Positions 1 through 9,248 of a stretch of 64,000 bases of DNA are shown piece by piece. The notes under the pieces were generated by a model. That model searched no databases, was not told the DNA's origin, and worked only from the letters and a program-made list of their open reading frames with translations. This DNA comes from a virus: positions 1 to 64,000 of IMG/VR virus record IMGVR_UViG_3300010412_000004. One strand, written 5' to 3'. Position 1 is the stretch's first letter. Every line of letters begins with the position of its first letter. Both the position numbers and the translations under genes were made by a program.

Positions 1-1605
1 ACTCTTTCAACCACTACCAGTTCATTTAGTACCACTACCAGTTCATTTAGTACCACTACCAGTTCATTTAGTACCACTACCAGTTCAACCTTAAGTACTC
101 TTTCAACCACTACGAGTTCATACTCAACCACTACGAGTTCATACTCAACAACTACTTCAACTTATTCAACTCTTTCAACCACTACGAGTTCATTCTCTAC
201 TACAACCAGTTCATACTCTACATACTCAACAACTACGAGTTCATACTCAACAACTACAAGTTCAACCTTAAGTACTCTTTCAACCACTACGAGTTCATAC
301 TCAACAACTACAAGTTCAACCTTCAGCACTCTTTCAACCACTACGAGTTCATACTCAACAACTACAAGTTCAACCTTAAGTACTCTTTCAACAACTACGA
401 GTTCCTTATCCACTACAACCAGTTCATACTCTACCACAACTAGTTCAACCTTAAGTACTCTTTCAACCACTACGAGTTCATACTCAACAACTACCAGTTC
501 AACCTTAAGTACTCTTTCAACCACTACTAGTTCCTTTAGTACCACAACCAGTTCATACTCTACTTTATCTACTACAACTAGTTCATACTCTACTTTATCT
601 ACTACAACTAGTTCATACTCTACTTTATCTACTACAACCAGTTCATATTCTACAACTTCCACAACCTTATCAACTTTATCAACTACAACTAGTTCTTTAT
701 CAACTACAACTAGTTCTTTATCAACTACAACTAGTTCTTTATCAACTACCAGTTCAACCTTAAGTACTCTTTCAACCACTACTAGTTCCTTTAGTACCAC
801 AACCAGTTCATACTCTACTACTACAAGTTCAACATATAGTACTCTTTCTACCACTACCAGTTCTACATATAGTACTTTATCCACCACTACCAGTTCCTTC
901 TCTACCACAAGTTCAACCTTAAGTACTCTTTCAACCACCACGAGTTCAAGTTCAACAACGAGTTCCACTTTATCTACAACCAGTTCCTTCTCTACTACAA
1001 GTTCAACCTTAAGTACTTTTTCAACAACTACCAGCTCTTTTAGTACCACAACTAGCTCAAGTTCAACTACTAGCTCTACTTATTCCACCTTATCTACTAC
1101 AACCAGTTCATATTCTACAACTTCCACAACCTTCAGTACCTTATCTACTACAACCAGTTCCTTCAGCACCACAACCAGTTCCTTCAGCACCACAACCAGC
1201 TCAAGTTCAACTACTAGTTCTACATACAGCACTCTTTCAACCACTACTAGTTCCTTTAGTACTACAACCAGTTCCTTATCTACCACAAGTTCAACATATA
1301 GCACTCTTTCAACAACCACAAGTTCTTCTTCTACTACAAGTTCAACATATAGCACTCTTTCAACAACCACAAGTTCATATTCTACAACTTCCACAACCTT
1401 AAGTACTCTTTCAACCACTACTAGTTCCTTTAGTACCACAACTAGTTCCTTTAGTACCACTAGTAGTACATACTCTACCTTATCTACTACAACCAGTTCC
1501 TTCAGCACCACCTCTACCACTTTTTCTACTTTGTCTACCTCAAGTTCTACCACAACTAGTTCCTCTACAACTAGTTCCTCCTCTACTTTGTCCACCACCA
1601 CTACA
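1..1605 (+). repeat. Degenerate 21-bp / 30-33-bp coding tandem repeats (TTTSS[FYL]S, TTTSSTLSTLS)
   Basis: For example accactaccagttcatttagt occurs three times in tandem at 10-72; copies vary at synonymous positions. Confidence 0.9.
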
Positions 1606-1956
1606 ATACCTCCCGGACAAGGTACTGTTGTATTTGGACATCATACCTCGGTAGATGAAAATAATGATGAGGACTTTTTAACTAATTGGGAAGGAACAGG
1701 AACTATTTCTGGATCTGGAGACTCTGAAAAGTTAATAATCAACGAAGGTGAATATATGCAAATGATTTCACCTTGGAATTTAGGTGTTGGGAAGGCTAGA
1801 ATTACATTAAATAAATATATAGAAGGTTCAGGTCCCTCTATATCAACAAAGTATAAGACAGGTAATTCTGTGGCTAATTGTGAGTCAGATACATGGCATG
1901 ATTACTCTACTTACTTTATGTGTCAGGGTTATTTTTTGGTTAGGTTAGAGAGATAA
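1..1956 (+). CDS. Ser/Thr-rich (mucin-like) putative virion fibre protein, 5' end outside the window, with a ~115 aa globular C-terminal domain
   Basis: Frame 1 reads open from base 1 (TLSTTTSSFSTTTSS...) into the ORF-track segment 1531..1956. About 535 codons are almost only T/S with periodic L/F/Y. Confidence 0.8.
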   Translation, partial: TLSTTTSSFSTTTSSFSTTTSSFSTTTSSTLSTLSTTTSSYSTTTSSYSTTTSTYSTLSTTTSSFSTTTSSYSTYSTTTSSYSTTTSSTLSTLSTTTSSYSTTTSSTFSTLSTTTSSYSTTTSSTLSTLSTTTSSLSTTTSSYSTTTSSTLSTLSTTTSSYSTTTSSTLSTLSTTTSSFSTTTSSYSTLSTTTSSYSTLSTTTSSYSTLSTTTSSYSTTSTTLSTLSTTTSSLSTTTSSLSTTTSSLSTTSSTLSTLSTTTSSFSTTTSSYSTTTSSTYSTLSTTTSSTYSTLSTTTSSFSTTSSTLSTLSTTTSSSSTTSSTLSTTSSFSTTSSTLSTFSTTTSSFSTTTSSSSTTSSTYSTLSTTTSSYSTTSTTFSTLSTTTSSFSTTTSSFSTTTSSSSTTSSTYSTLSTTTSSFSTTTSSLSTTSSTYSTLSTTTSSSSTTSSTYSTLSTTTSSYSTTSTTLSTLSTTTSSFSTTTSSFSTTSSTYSTLSTTTSSFSTTSTTFSTLSTSSSTTTSSSTTSSSSTLSTTTTIPPGQGTVVFGHHTSVDENNDEDFLTNWEGTGTISGSGDSEKLIINEGEYMQMISPWNLGVGKARITLNKYIEGSGPSISTKYKTGNSVANCESDTWHDYSTYFMCQGYFLVRLER

Positions 1957-1959
1957 CAA

Positions 1960-4900
1960 ATGTCCCTTGTTTGTCAAACAAATTCAAGAATTGCTGATGC
2001 CAATAGAAATTGGCAGAGTTCTTGTAATGTGGATATAACTAGTTGGGATAAATCCAATGAGTTTATTATATCTACATGGGCTTTGTCTAATGTTCACAAT
2101 GATGACGCAGATTTTAAATTGCAGTGGAGGAGAATAGGAGGCTCTTTCTCTGATGTTGGAGCAGATACGGAGATAAGATGGGGAACGAACACAGTTCTAA
2201 CTAATGGAGGTAATTTATTATCTGGCAACAGTGCCGGGTGTTTATCCACATGGGATAGTGGGACAGAGAGTGAAGGGGATAATACGGCATACGCCTCTAA
2301 CATAGCGAATGGAAATTATTGGGAAGGTCAATGGGCTCTAGGGTTTGGTTCTGGAGCACTTGATAATCAGGAATATGAGATACAACTCGTTTGTGTTACT
2401 TATCCTGGATCTGCTATTTGTCAAACCTCGATAACTACAGCGGCAGGAGCAACCTCATCATCTACTACAACTACCACCTTCACCACTACAACAAGTAGTA
2501 TCACCACTACATCAAGCACCTCAACGGTATCTACTACAACTACCACCTATAGTACCTTATCAACTACAACCAGTTCCTCCACTACTACTACAACCTTCAG
2601 CACTCTTTCAACAACCACTAGCTCATATTCTACTACTACAAGTTCATTTAGTTCTACTACTACAAGTTCATTTAGCACCACAACTAGTTCATACTCTACA
2701 TTATCTACTACATCTACTACTCTCAGCACTCTTTCAACTACAACCAGCTCTACATATAGTACTTTATCAACCACAACCAGTTCAACATATAGCACTCTTT
2801 CAACAACTACAAGTTCCTTCAGCACCACAACCAGTTCCTTCAGTACTACCACAAGTTCCTTATCTACCACTACAAGTTCATTATCTACCACTACAAGTTC
2901 ATTATCTACCACTACAAGTTCATTATCTACCACTACAAGTTCATTATCTACCACTACCAGTTCCTTCAGTACTACCACAAGTTCCTTATCTACCACTACA
3001 AGTTCATTCTCTACTACTTCTACCACCTTTAGTACCTTATCCACAACAACCAGTTCTAGTAGTTCTAGTACAACCACAACCTCGAGCACTTTTACCACCA
3101 CAAGTTCTACTCTAAGCACTACAACTACGGAACCTCCATCAACCGAGGTAGAAGATGTAGTTATTGATTTTTTACCAGAAACTACAACCACCACCACAAC
3201 CACTTTTTCCTCTACTACCACCACAAGTTCTACTCTGAGTTCTATATCAACAACTACCTCAAGTAGCACAACTAGTTCTACCACAACTAGCTCAACATAT
3301 AGCACTCTTTCTACCACAACTACCACAACAACAAGTTTTAGCTCAACCACCACTACAACCTTCAGTACTTTATCAACAACCAGTTCAAGTACAACCACCA
3401 GTTTTACTACAACTAGTTCCTTCTCTACCACCACTACAACCTTCAGTACTTTATCAACAACTACCAGCTCATACTCTACCACTACCACAACCTTAAGTAC
3501 TTTATCTACTACTACGAGTTCCTTCTCCACCACTACCACAACCTTAAGTACTTTATCTACTACTACGAGTTCCTTCTCCACTACTACCACAACCTTAAGT
3601 ACTTTATCTACCACTACAAGTTCGTATTCTACAACCACTACAACCTTCAGTACTCTTTCTACCACTACAAGTTCTTCATCAACTACCAGTTCAACCTATA
3701 GCACCTTATCAACCACAACTAGTTCTTTCTCAACTACTAGTTCAACCTTCAGCACCCTTTCTACCACATCTAGCTCTACACTGAGTACTACCAGTACTTA
3801 TTTAACTACTAGTTCTTCGAGTAGTACATATTCAACAACGAGCACGAGTGAGACCTCCACAAGTACCTATAGTACTACTTCCAGCACAGAACCACCATTA
3901 ACTACTTATTCTTCTACAACCAGTTCTAGTAGCACCGTTTCTACTACAACCTCAACTTACTCTACTACAACTAGTTCTTTAAGCACCACAACTTCAAGTT
4001 CTTATACAACTACAACAAGCACATATAGCAGTACATCAAGTACGGTATCGTCAAGCAGTACGCTGAGTTCAACGACTTCTACGCATAGCACAACTACAAG
4101 TAGCAGTTTTTCAACTACCACTAGTTCTTCAGCTTCAACAACTTCGAGCACTTATTCTACTACGAGTAGTAGTTCTACATCAACTACAACTACTCTATCA
4201 ACTACCACGAGTACTACTCTGAGTACCACGAGTACTTATTCTACTACGAGTACTACTCTGAGTACCACGAGTACTTATTCTACTACGAGTACTACTGGAA
4301 GCACATCAACAAGTACATTTAGTTCTTCATCTACTACTACTACAGAAACATATGGAACCTCCTCCAGTAGTACCACAAGTAGTACAACCTACTCTACTAC
4401 TACATCTACTACAGCCTCAACCAGTAGCACCAGCACCACAGAAACTACTACTTCCTCAGGAAGTTCATCTAGTACTACCAGTAGCACATATCCACCTACT
4501 CTCATACCTCATATAGGATTTGAGAGAGATGGTATAGATACAATATTTGAAAGAGACTCAGAAACTTTAGTATTTGAGAGATACTCAGAAACATCAGTAT
4601 TTGAAAGAGACTCAGAAACCTTAGTATTTGAAAGAGACTCAGAAACCTTAATATTTGAGGAGGTGATACAAATGGGTAGTGAATCAGTTCCAGGAGAATT
4701 CTTTAAACAACCATATGAGAGCATGGTCGCCTATGGCGGTTTTTCTAATGTAATGGAGAGTGGGGAGACCATCACATTAGTTAGCAGTACCGCAACAGCT
4801 CTTGATGTAAACGGTTCGGACGCCTCCTCAGATATACTACAGGGAAATCCTGCTATCTATAATGATGATGATGGAAACCCTTGGAGGTTAGGTATTAGAG

Positions 4901-5010
4901 TAGTAGCAGGGGAGGCGTCAAAAAGCCCCTATAAAATAACCTTTAAAATATTGACCTCTCTTGCGAATAAATGGGAGGTAGATTGTTATGTGAATGTGGA
5001 GGAATTATGA
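1960..5010 (+). CDS. 1016 aa putative virion protein: N-terminal globular domain, ~690 aa Ser/Thr-rich stalk, FERDSETLV repeats, C-terminal domain resembling phage fibre-tail adaptors
   Basis: ORF translation; C-terminal KQPYE...GETI...YKITF.ILTS...WEVD..VNVEE pattern. Confidence 0.75.
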   Translation: MSLVCQTNSRIADANRNWQSSCNVDITSWDKSNEFIISTWALSNVHNDDADFKLQWRRIGGSFSDVGADTEIRWGTNTVLTNGGNLLSGNSAGCLSTWDSGTESEGDNTAYASNIANGNYWEGQWALGFGSGALDNQEYEIQLVCVTYPGSAICQTSITTAAGATSSSTTTTTFTTTTSSITTTSSTSTVSTTTTTYSTLSTTTSSSTTTTTFSTLSTTTSSYSTTTSSFSSTTTSSFSTTTSSYSTLSTTSTTLSTLSTTTSSTYSTLSTTTSSTYSTLSTTTSSFSTTTSSFSTTTSSLSTTTSSLSTTTSSLSTTTSSLSTTTSSLSTTTSSFSTTTSSLSTTTSSFSTTSTTFSTLSTTTSSSSSSTTTTSSTFTTTSSTLSTTTTEPPSTEVEDVVIDFLPETTTTTTTTFSSTTTTSSTLSSISTTTSSSTTSSTTTSSTYSTLSTTTTTTTSFSSTTTTTFSTLSTTSSSTTTSFTTTSSFSTTTTTFSTLSTTTSSYSTTTTTLSTLSTTTSSFSTTTTTLSTLSTTTSSFSTTTTTLSTLSTTTSSYSTTTTTFSTLSTTTSSSSTTSSTYSTLSTTTSSFSTTSSTFSTLSTTSSSTLSTTSTYLTTSSSSSTYSTTSTSETSTSTYSTTSSTEPPLTTYSSTTSSSSTVSTTTSTYSTTTSSLSTTTSSSYTTTTSTYSSTSSTVSSSSTLSSTTSTHSTTTSSSFSTTTSSSASTTSSTYSTTSSSSTSTTTTLSTTTSTTLSTTSTYSTTSTTLSTTSTYSTTSTTGSTSTSTFSSSSTTTTETYGTSSSSTTSSTTYSTTTSTTASTSSTSTTETTTSSGSSSSTTSSTYPPTLIPHIGFERDGIDTIFERDSETLVFERYSETSVFERDSETLVFERDSETLIFEEVIQMGSESVPGEFFKQPYESMVAYGGFSNVMESGETITLVSSTATALDVNGSDASSDILQGNPAIYNDDDGNPWRLGIRVVAGEASKSPYKITFKILTSLANKWEVDCYVNVEEL
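2431..4500 (+). repeat. Ser/Thr-coding low-complexity repeat region
   Basis: Tandem accactacaagttcattatct units at ~2866-2950 and many variants. Confidence 0.9.
4519..4653 (+). repeat. 27-bp tandem repeat, five copies (FERDSETLV)
   Basis: Units start at 4519, 4546, 4573, 4600 and 4627 (tttgaaagagactcagaaaccttagta consensus). Confidence 0.9.
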
Positions 5011-5408
5011 CAGGAAAAAAACAAGAATGGACAGGAGTAGAAAGGAGGGAAAATCCAATGGCCTGCTCTTCTATATGCCCTCCTATAGTTATAGAACTTA
5101 AGGAGGTATATAAGAGCATACAATCAAAGACATCTTCAAAGTTGTTCTATTGGATAGTAGGGGGATTGGCATTTTTTGTGGTAATCGTGGTAGGAGGTGC
5201 TCAATGGAAGATGGCCGCTGATATCAGTTCTATAAATACTAATGTGGAGGTAGTAAGACAAACCGTGAATGGACTTGCTACGAATGTGCAGTATCATATC
5301 ACTATAGATGATGCCCGTCACCTAAGAAATGAGGACAAGATAGAAAAGAATAAGGATGAGCTTCAGAAACTCTATAAAGATAGGAATAGGTGGGAGCGTC
5401 ATCCTTGA
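5007..5408 (+). CDS. Single-TM membrane protein with C-terminal coiled coil (holin or i-spanin-like)
   Basis: ATGA overlap with the upstream stop, ggagg RBS, TM segment LFYWIVGGLAFFVVIVVGG. Confidence 0.55.
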   Translation: MTGKKQEWTGVERRENPMACSSICPPIVIELKEVYKSIQSKTSSKLFYWIVGGLAFFVVIVVGGAQWKMAADISSINTNVEVVRQTVNGLATNVQYHITIDDARHLRNEDKIEKNKDELQKLYKDRNRWERHP

Positions 5409-5439
5409 AACCACAAACCTTAATTTAAGGAGGCACAAA

Positions 5440-5937
5440 ATGAAAAAGAATTTATTGATGTTGGTAGTTTTGTCAATGGTTGCGATGGTTACTATGGGGG
5501 AAGGCTCTTGTACCAACTGGGGATGGAATATGGCTAATATTTTTCCTCAGCCAAAGGAGAGCATCTGCAGTACCATTCCTGAAGGCGAAAGTTTTATCTG
5601 CCAAAGACTCAGAAATCCTGAGTTTACTCACTCTGTTCTCTATATTTCAAATGCCGCTCTTCTTGACAGTATGAATCTAGAGGGCATAGAAAGAGAGGAG
5701 GAGGTGATTAATGATGTGATTTGGTATATAGACCAACCTTCCATCTCCTATGCTATGTTTGAGAAGTACGTTCTGGAAAAGAGTCAATCCTTGGTAGTGA
5801 TTGCGGCCGCGTCAGAGTTGAGTATGTTTCAATTCAATAACAATCCTATTTTGCCAGCGGATAGGGATATGATTAAGTGGTCTCTTAATCGTACAAAAGG
5901 ATTGATCGACATCGCAAAGAAGAGGAAAAGTGGTTAG
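5440..5937 (+). CDS. Putative lipoprotein
   Basis: aaggagg RBS; MKKNLLMLVVLSMVAMVTMGEGSC signal peptide ending in a lipobox-like GSC. Confidence 0.6.
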   Translation: MKKNLLMLVVLSMVAMVTMGEGSCTNWGWNMANIFPQPKESICSTIPEGESFICQRLRNPEFTHSVLYISNAALLDSMNLEGIEREEEVINDVIWYIDQPSISYAMFEKYVLEKSQSLVVIAAASELSMFQFNNNPILPADRDMIKWSLNRTKGLIDIAKKRKSG

Positions 5938-6634
5938 CAGGTATCCCTCCTCTAAAAGGGGGAGGGATTCTCTTCCTGAGTTTAATGTAATTGTTCCGGT
6001 AGTAAGGTTAGATCTTTGTAAAGATTTAATCAATTCTATTGAAGAGAATACTATTCTTCCTAAACGTGTAATCATTATAAATAACACAGGTAGAAGGTAT
6101 TTTCCTAGGTCTAAGAAACTTAAAATTGAGGTTTACCCTAGCATTTCGGGAGATGTAAATGAATCTTGGAATCTAGGTGTATCCCTTGTAGATATAACAG
6201 TGGATTATGTATCTATACTAAATGATGATATTGTATTAAATAAATGGTTTTTTCAGAGAGTAGATGAGACCTTAAGGTCTCATAAAGATTGTGGAGTAGC
6301 CTGTCCTTTATCCGTCTCAACTCTAGAGGAAATGGGTAATGGTAAAAAAAAGCCCTGTATAGTTAGAATGGAAAGAAGAGAAGGCTATGCTTTTACGTTT
6401 AGAAAGAAATTATTGGATAGGATACCTCCTATCCCTATACATAGAATTAAAATATTTCACGGTGATGATTGGTATTGGTATTGGACTCTTACCCACACTC
6501 ATTTCTGGTACCAAGATTTAGGAAATATAATCTTTCATCATGTAGGTTCTTCAGTCCTACTCAAAGGATTTAGGGATATCAAGAAGAAGGAGAGAAATGA
6601 GTGGGAAAGGATAATGAATGAACTTGGAGGATAA
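5930..6634 (+). CDS. Glycosyltransferase family 2 (GT-A fold)
   Basis: VIVPV, VIIINN, ESWNLGV, DYVSILNDD (DxD-like) and FHGDDW motifs. Confidence 0.85.
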   Translation: MVSRYPSSKRGRDSLPEFNVIVPVVRLDLCKDLINSIEENTILPKRVIIINNTGRRYFPRSKKLKIEVYPSISGDVNESWNLGVSLVDITVDYVSILNDDIVLNKWFFQRVDETLRSHKDCGVACPLSVSTLEEMGNGKKKPCIVRMERREGYAFTFRKKLLDRIPPIPIHRIKIFHGDDWYWYWTLTHTHFWYQDLGNIIFHHVGSSVLLKGFRDIKKKERNEWERIMNELGG

Positions 6635-7172
6635 TAATAGAGAGATTTCTCCTTATCTTAAGATGGACCGTTTTAGTTATGGTAATATCGTTAGAATAGG
6701 TAAGAACGGTAATATAAAAGTAGGTAGTTTTACTTCTATAGCGAGTGGCGTGAAAGCTATTATGGTAGGACATAATACGGATTGGATTTCCACCTATCCC
6801 TTCTCCTCGAGAGAGATGAGAAATTATTTTAAGAATGGTCTTCCTAGTTCTATACATGGTCATCCTAGAGAATATGGAGATATATTGATTGGTTCAGATG
6901 TTTGGATAGGTCAAGATGTGTCGATAATGGGAGGTATTTACATAGGTCATGGATCAATTATAGGAGCCGGGTCTATTGTTACAAAGGATGTGGCTCCTTA
7001 TTCTGTGGAGGCGGGAATTCCTTCTGTTACTCGTAAAATGAGATTTACTCAAGAACAAATAAATAGATTGCTTGATATAGAATGGTGGAATTGGCCTATT
7101 GGTAAAATTAATAGTAATTTGGATTTGATATGTAGTCCTAATATAGGTGAATTTTTGAGGATACATGGATGA
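6618..7172 (+). CDS. Hexapeptide-repeat O-acetyltransferase (CatB/Vat-like)
   Basis: GSFTSIA, WISTYPF, IGSDVWIG, IGAGSIVTKDV.PY, IEWWNW. Confidence 0.9.
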   Translation: MNLEDNNREISPYLKMDRFSYGNIVRIGKNGNIKVGSFTSIASGVKAIMVGHNTDWISTYPFSSREMRNYFKNGLPSSIHGHPREYGDILIGSDVWIGQDVSIMGGIYIGHGSIIGAGSIVTKDVAPYSVEAGIPSVTRKMRFTQEQINRLLDIEWWNWPIGKINSNLDLICSPNIGEFLRIHG

Positions 7173-7711
7173 CCTTTATATTCAAAAGATATAAAAATAT
7201 GGAATTTGTTCCTCTTATTAAGGAACTCGTTCTGCTTTATGAACCTTATACTTATGTAGAGATAGGGGTTCAAAAAGGATATACCTTTAATCAACTATCT
7301 AAGATGTCTCAGATAAAAAGGGCTGTGGCCGTAGATATTAAAGTTTTACCTTCGGTGATTTCCATAAAAGGAAAAACAGAATTCTATGAAATGTCCTCTA
7401 AAGAATTCTCTAAGGTATGGAAGGATACTATAGATTTACTTTTTATAGATGGAGATCATAAATGGACTTCTGTAATGAATGATTTCGAATCTTTGTCACC
7501 TTTTGTAGCTGATGGACACGGGTTAATTTTGATGCATGATACACACCCGAATCATGAAAGTCTTATGACAGAAGGATATTGTTCCAGTGCGTGGATAGCC
7601 GCGAGTATTATCCATAACAAGTTTAAAGAATTTGAGATTGTAACCCTTCCTGGTCCTTATGCTGGATTATCTATTATAAGAAAGATTAAAAAAGGTCATT
7701 TAGGGAGGTAA
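7169..7711 (+). CDS. Class I SAM-dependent methyltransferase (Methyltransf_24-like)
   Basis: YVEIGVQKG, IDLLFIDGDH, ILMHD. Confidence 0.85.
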   Translation: MTFIFKRYKNMEFVPLIKELVLLYEPYTYVEIGVQKGYTFNQLSKMSQIKRAVAVDIKVLPSVISIKGKTEFYEMSSKEFSKVWKDTIDLLFIDGDHKWTSVMNDFESLSPFVADGHGLILMHDTHPNHESLMTEGYCSSAWIAASIIHNKFKEFEIVTLPGPYAGLSIIRKIKKGHLGR

Positions 7712-7715
7712 TGAA

Positions 7716-8120
7716 ATGAAGATTTATTATCGAGAAGGATATAAGTATCAGATCTGTGAGACCTATTTGTGTAAGATAGAGATAGTTGGATTTAATGTTA
7801 AGTCTGAGTATATCAATTTATCCCCAGAGGGTCTTCTTATGATTTCAAAGGGGTATGCTTGGGATGGCCCAAGTGGATTGACCATAGACACTAAAAATTC
7901 TATGAGAGGATCACTTGTTCATGATGCTTTGTATCAATTAATTAGAGAGAAGAAATTACCTAAGGAAGTTCGTCCTTTGGCTGATGAGGAATTAAAAAGA
8001 ATATGTAGAGAAGACGGCATGAGCAAAGCACGTTCTTGGGTATGGTTCAAGGCGGTAAGAGATTTTGCCTCTTTTGCGGCCAACCCTAAGAATGATAAAC
8101 CCATACTAATTGCACCATAA
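7716..8120 (+). CDS. DUF1353-like phage protein
   Basis: GYAWDGPS and SLVHDALY motifs. Confidence 0.7.
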   Translation: MKIYYREGYKYQICETYLCKIEIVGFNVKSEYINLSPEGLLMISKGYAWDGPSGLTIDTKNSMRGSLVHDALYQLIREKKLPKEVRPLADEELKRICREDGMSKARSWVWFKAVRDFASFAANPKNDKPILIAP

Positions 8121-8132
8121 AGGAGGTATATT

Positions 8133-8411
8133 ATGAAGAGTGGATTTAGATCTACAGAGTTTTGGTTGGTGGCCGCTTTAGTTCTAGTGGTGGCTTTTAT
8201 TGCTACAGGTAAGATAACTACTCAGGATATACAATCAGCTACGGGTAGGATTAGTGATACCTCATCGGCTATACCAGCCTTTATAGATGCCGTGAAATCT
8301 ATAGTCAACCAAATGGGAGATGTGTTGATTGCGGCGGGATTAGTTTGGGCTTATCTAAAGCGTAGGTCTTCACTTAAAGCCCAAGAGATGAAAAAGGAAC
8401 CTACTCAATAA
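8133..8411 (+). CDS. Putative holin (two TM segments)
   Basis: aaggagg RBS; STEFW start, two hydrophobic segments, basic C-terminus. Confidence 0.6.
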   Translation: MKSGFRSTEFWLVAALVLVVAFIATGKITTQDIQSATGRISDTSSAIPAFIDAVKSIVNQMGDVLIAAGLVWAYLKRRSSLKAQEMKKEPTQ

Positions 8412-9018
8412 TTCTAATTTTGCTTGTCTTTCCTATTTTTTCATTTATAAAGGTTTTGTCGGCAGATACATTGATGTCTTCTTGATGGGATATCATAATT
8501 ATTTGGATGTTTAACTTTTCTGATATCATTTTTATCATATCAGAGGTTACTTCCTGAAGGTCAGGAGAAACATTTCTAAAGGGTTCATCCAATACGAAGG
8601 TCCTTCTATTCTTTTTTAAAGCCCAATAAGCTATTCGTAATGCAAAGGAGGCAACATCCTTTACTCCTCCACCACAACTCTCCATAATCTCTTGTTCATT
8701 ATCGTTCTCTTTTAGTAAAAGATCACATTCAGTTTTCCCTCTTCTGAGTGTGATCTTTGCTATAAATTCAGGCCAATTAGGATTGACCGCCTTAAGAGCT
8801 GTGGTTACAGGTTTAGAGAAATGAAACTCTAGGTTTTGTTGAGTTTTTAGAGCTACTTCTTGAATAATGGCATGTGCCTTCCAGGCATTTGCCAATCTAG
8901 ATTCATTATACCTATGTTGGTCATCTAAATCTTCTATTTGTCCCTCTAAGGTGAGTTTCTTAGTTTTCTCCCTATCCAATCTTTTCTCAATATCTGAAAT
9001 TTTCTCAGCTACTACCAA
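8401..9018 (-). CDS. Rad50/SbcC/gp46-like ATPase, C-terminal half
   Basis: Signature SCGGG, Walker B FVLDEPF, H-loop IIMISH. Confidence 0.85.
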   Translation of the reverse strand: MVVAEKISDIEKRLDREKTKKLTLEGQIEDLDDQHRYNESRLANAWKAHAIIQEVALKTQQNLEFHFSKPVTTALKAVNPNWPEFIAKITLRRGKTECDLLLKENDNEQEIMESCGGGVKDVASFALRIAYWALKKNRRTFVLDEPFRNVSPDLQEVTSDMIKMISEKLNIQIIMISHQEDINVSADKTFINEKIGKTSKIRIIE

Positions 9019-9248
9019 TTATATTCCTCCTTTAAGGTTTTAAAATCAGACTCTATTTTATTTTGTAACCTTTCGGCAGATTTGGTTATTTGTTCAAGTT
9101 TAGTCTTGAGTTCTTCCTCGGTGGAAACTCCAAAATCTTTTTTAAGTCCTTCAATGAGCATCTCAAGTTTACCTTCTGTGGAGGACAGTTCTTTCTCTGC
9201 TCTTCTTATCTCATTTCCTAACTTATCTAGTTCAGCCAAAATTGCCAT
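9012..9248 (-). CDS. Small coiled-coil protein, possibly a middle piece of the split Rad50
   Basis: Heptad-like sequence; lies between the Mre11 gene and the Rad50 C-half. Confidence 0.6.
   Translation of the reverse strand: MAILAELDKLGNEIRRAEKELSSTEGKLEMLIEGLKKDFGVSTEEELKTKLEQITKSAERLQNKIESDFKTLKEEYNW

Noticed and set aside
162-3665. Long V/E/L-rich minus-strand ORFs (162..1049, 1080..1601, 2547..3665)
   Set aside because: Antisense shadows of Thr/Ser codons (ACN to NGT/GTN); no RBS, and the plus frame continues into real domains
4519-4653. Possible CRISPR array
   Set aside because: 27-bp units are contiguous with no spacers, in frame and coding; no cas genes
6618-7172. Chloramphenicol or streptogramin resistance gene
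   Set aside because: Family-level similarity only; position between a GT and a methyltransferase favours sugar O-acetylation
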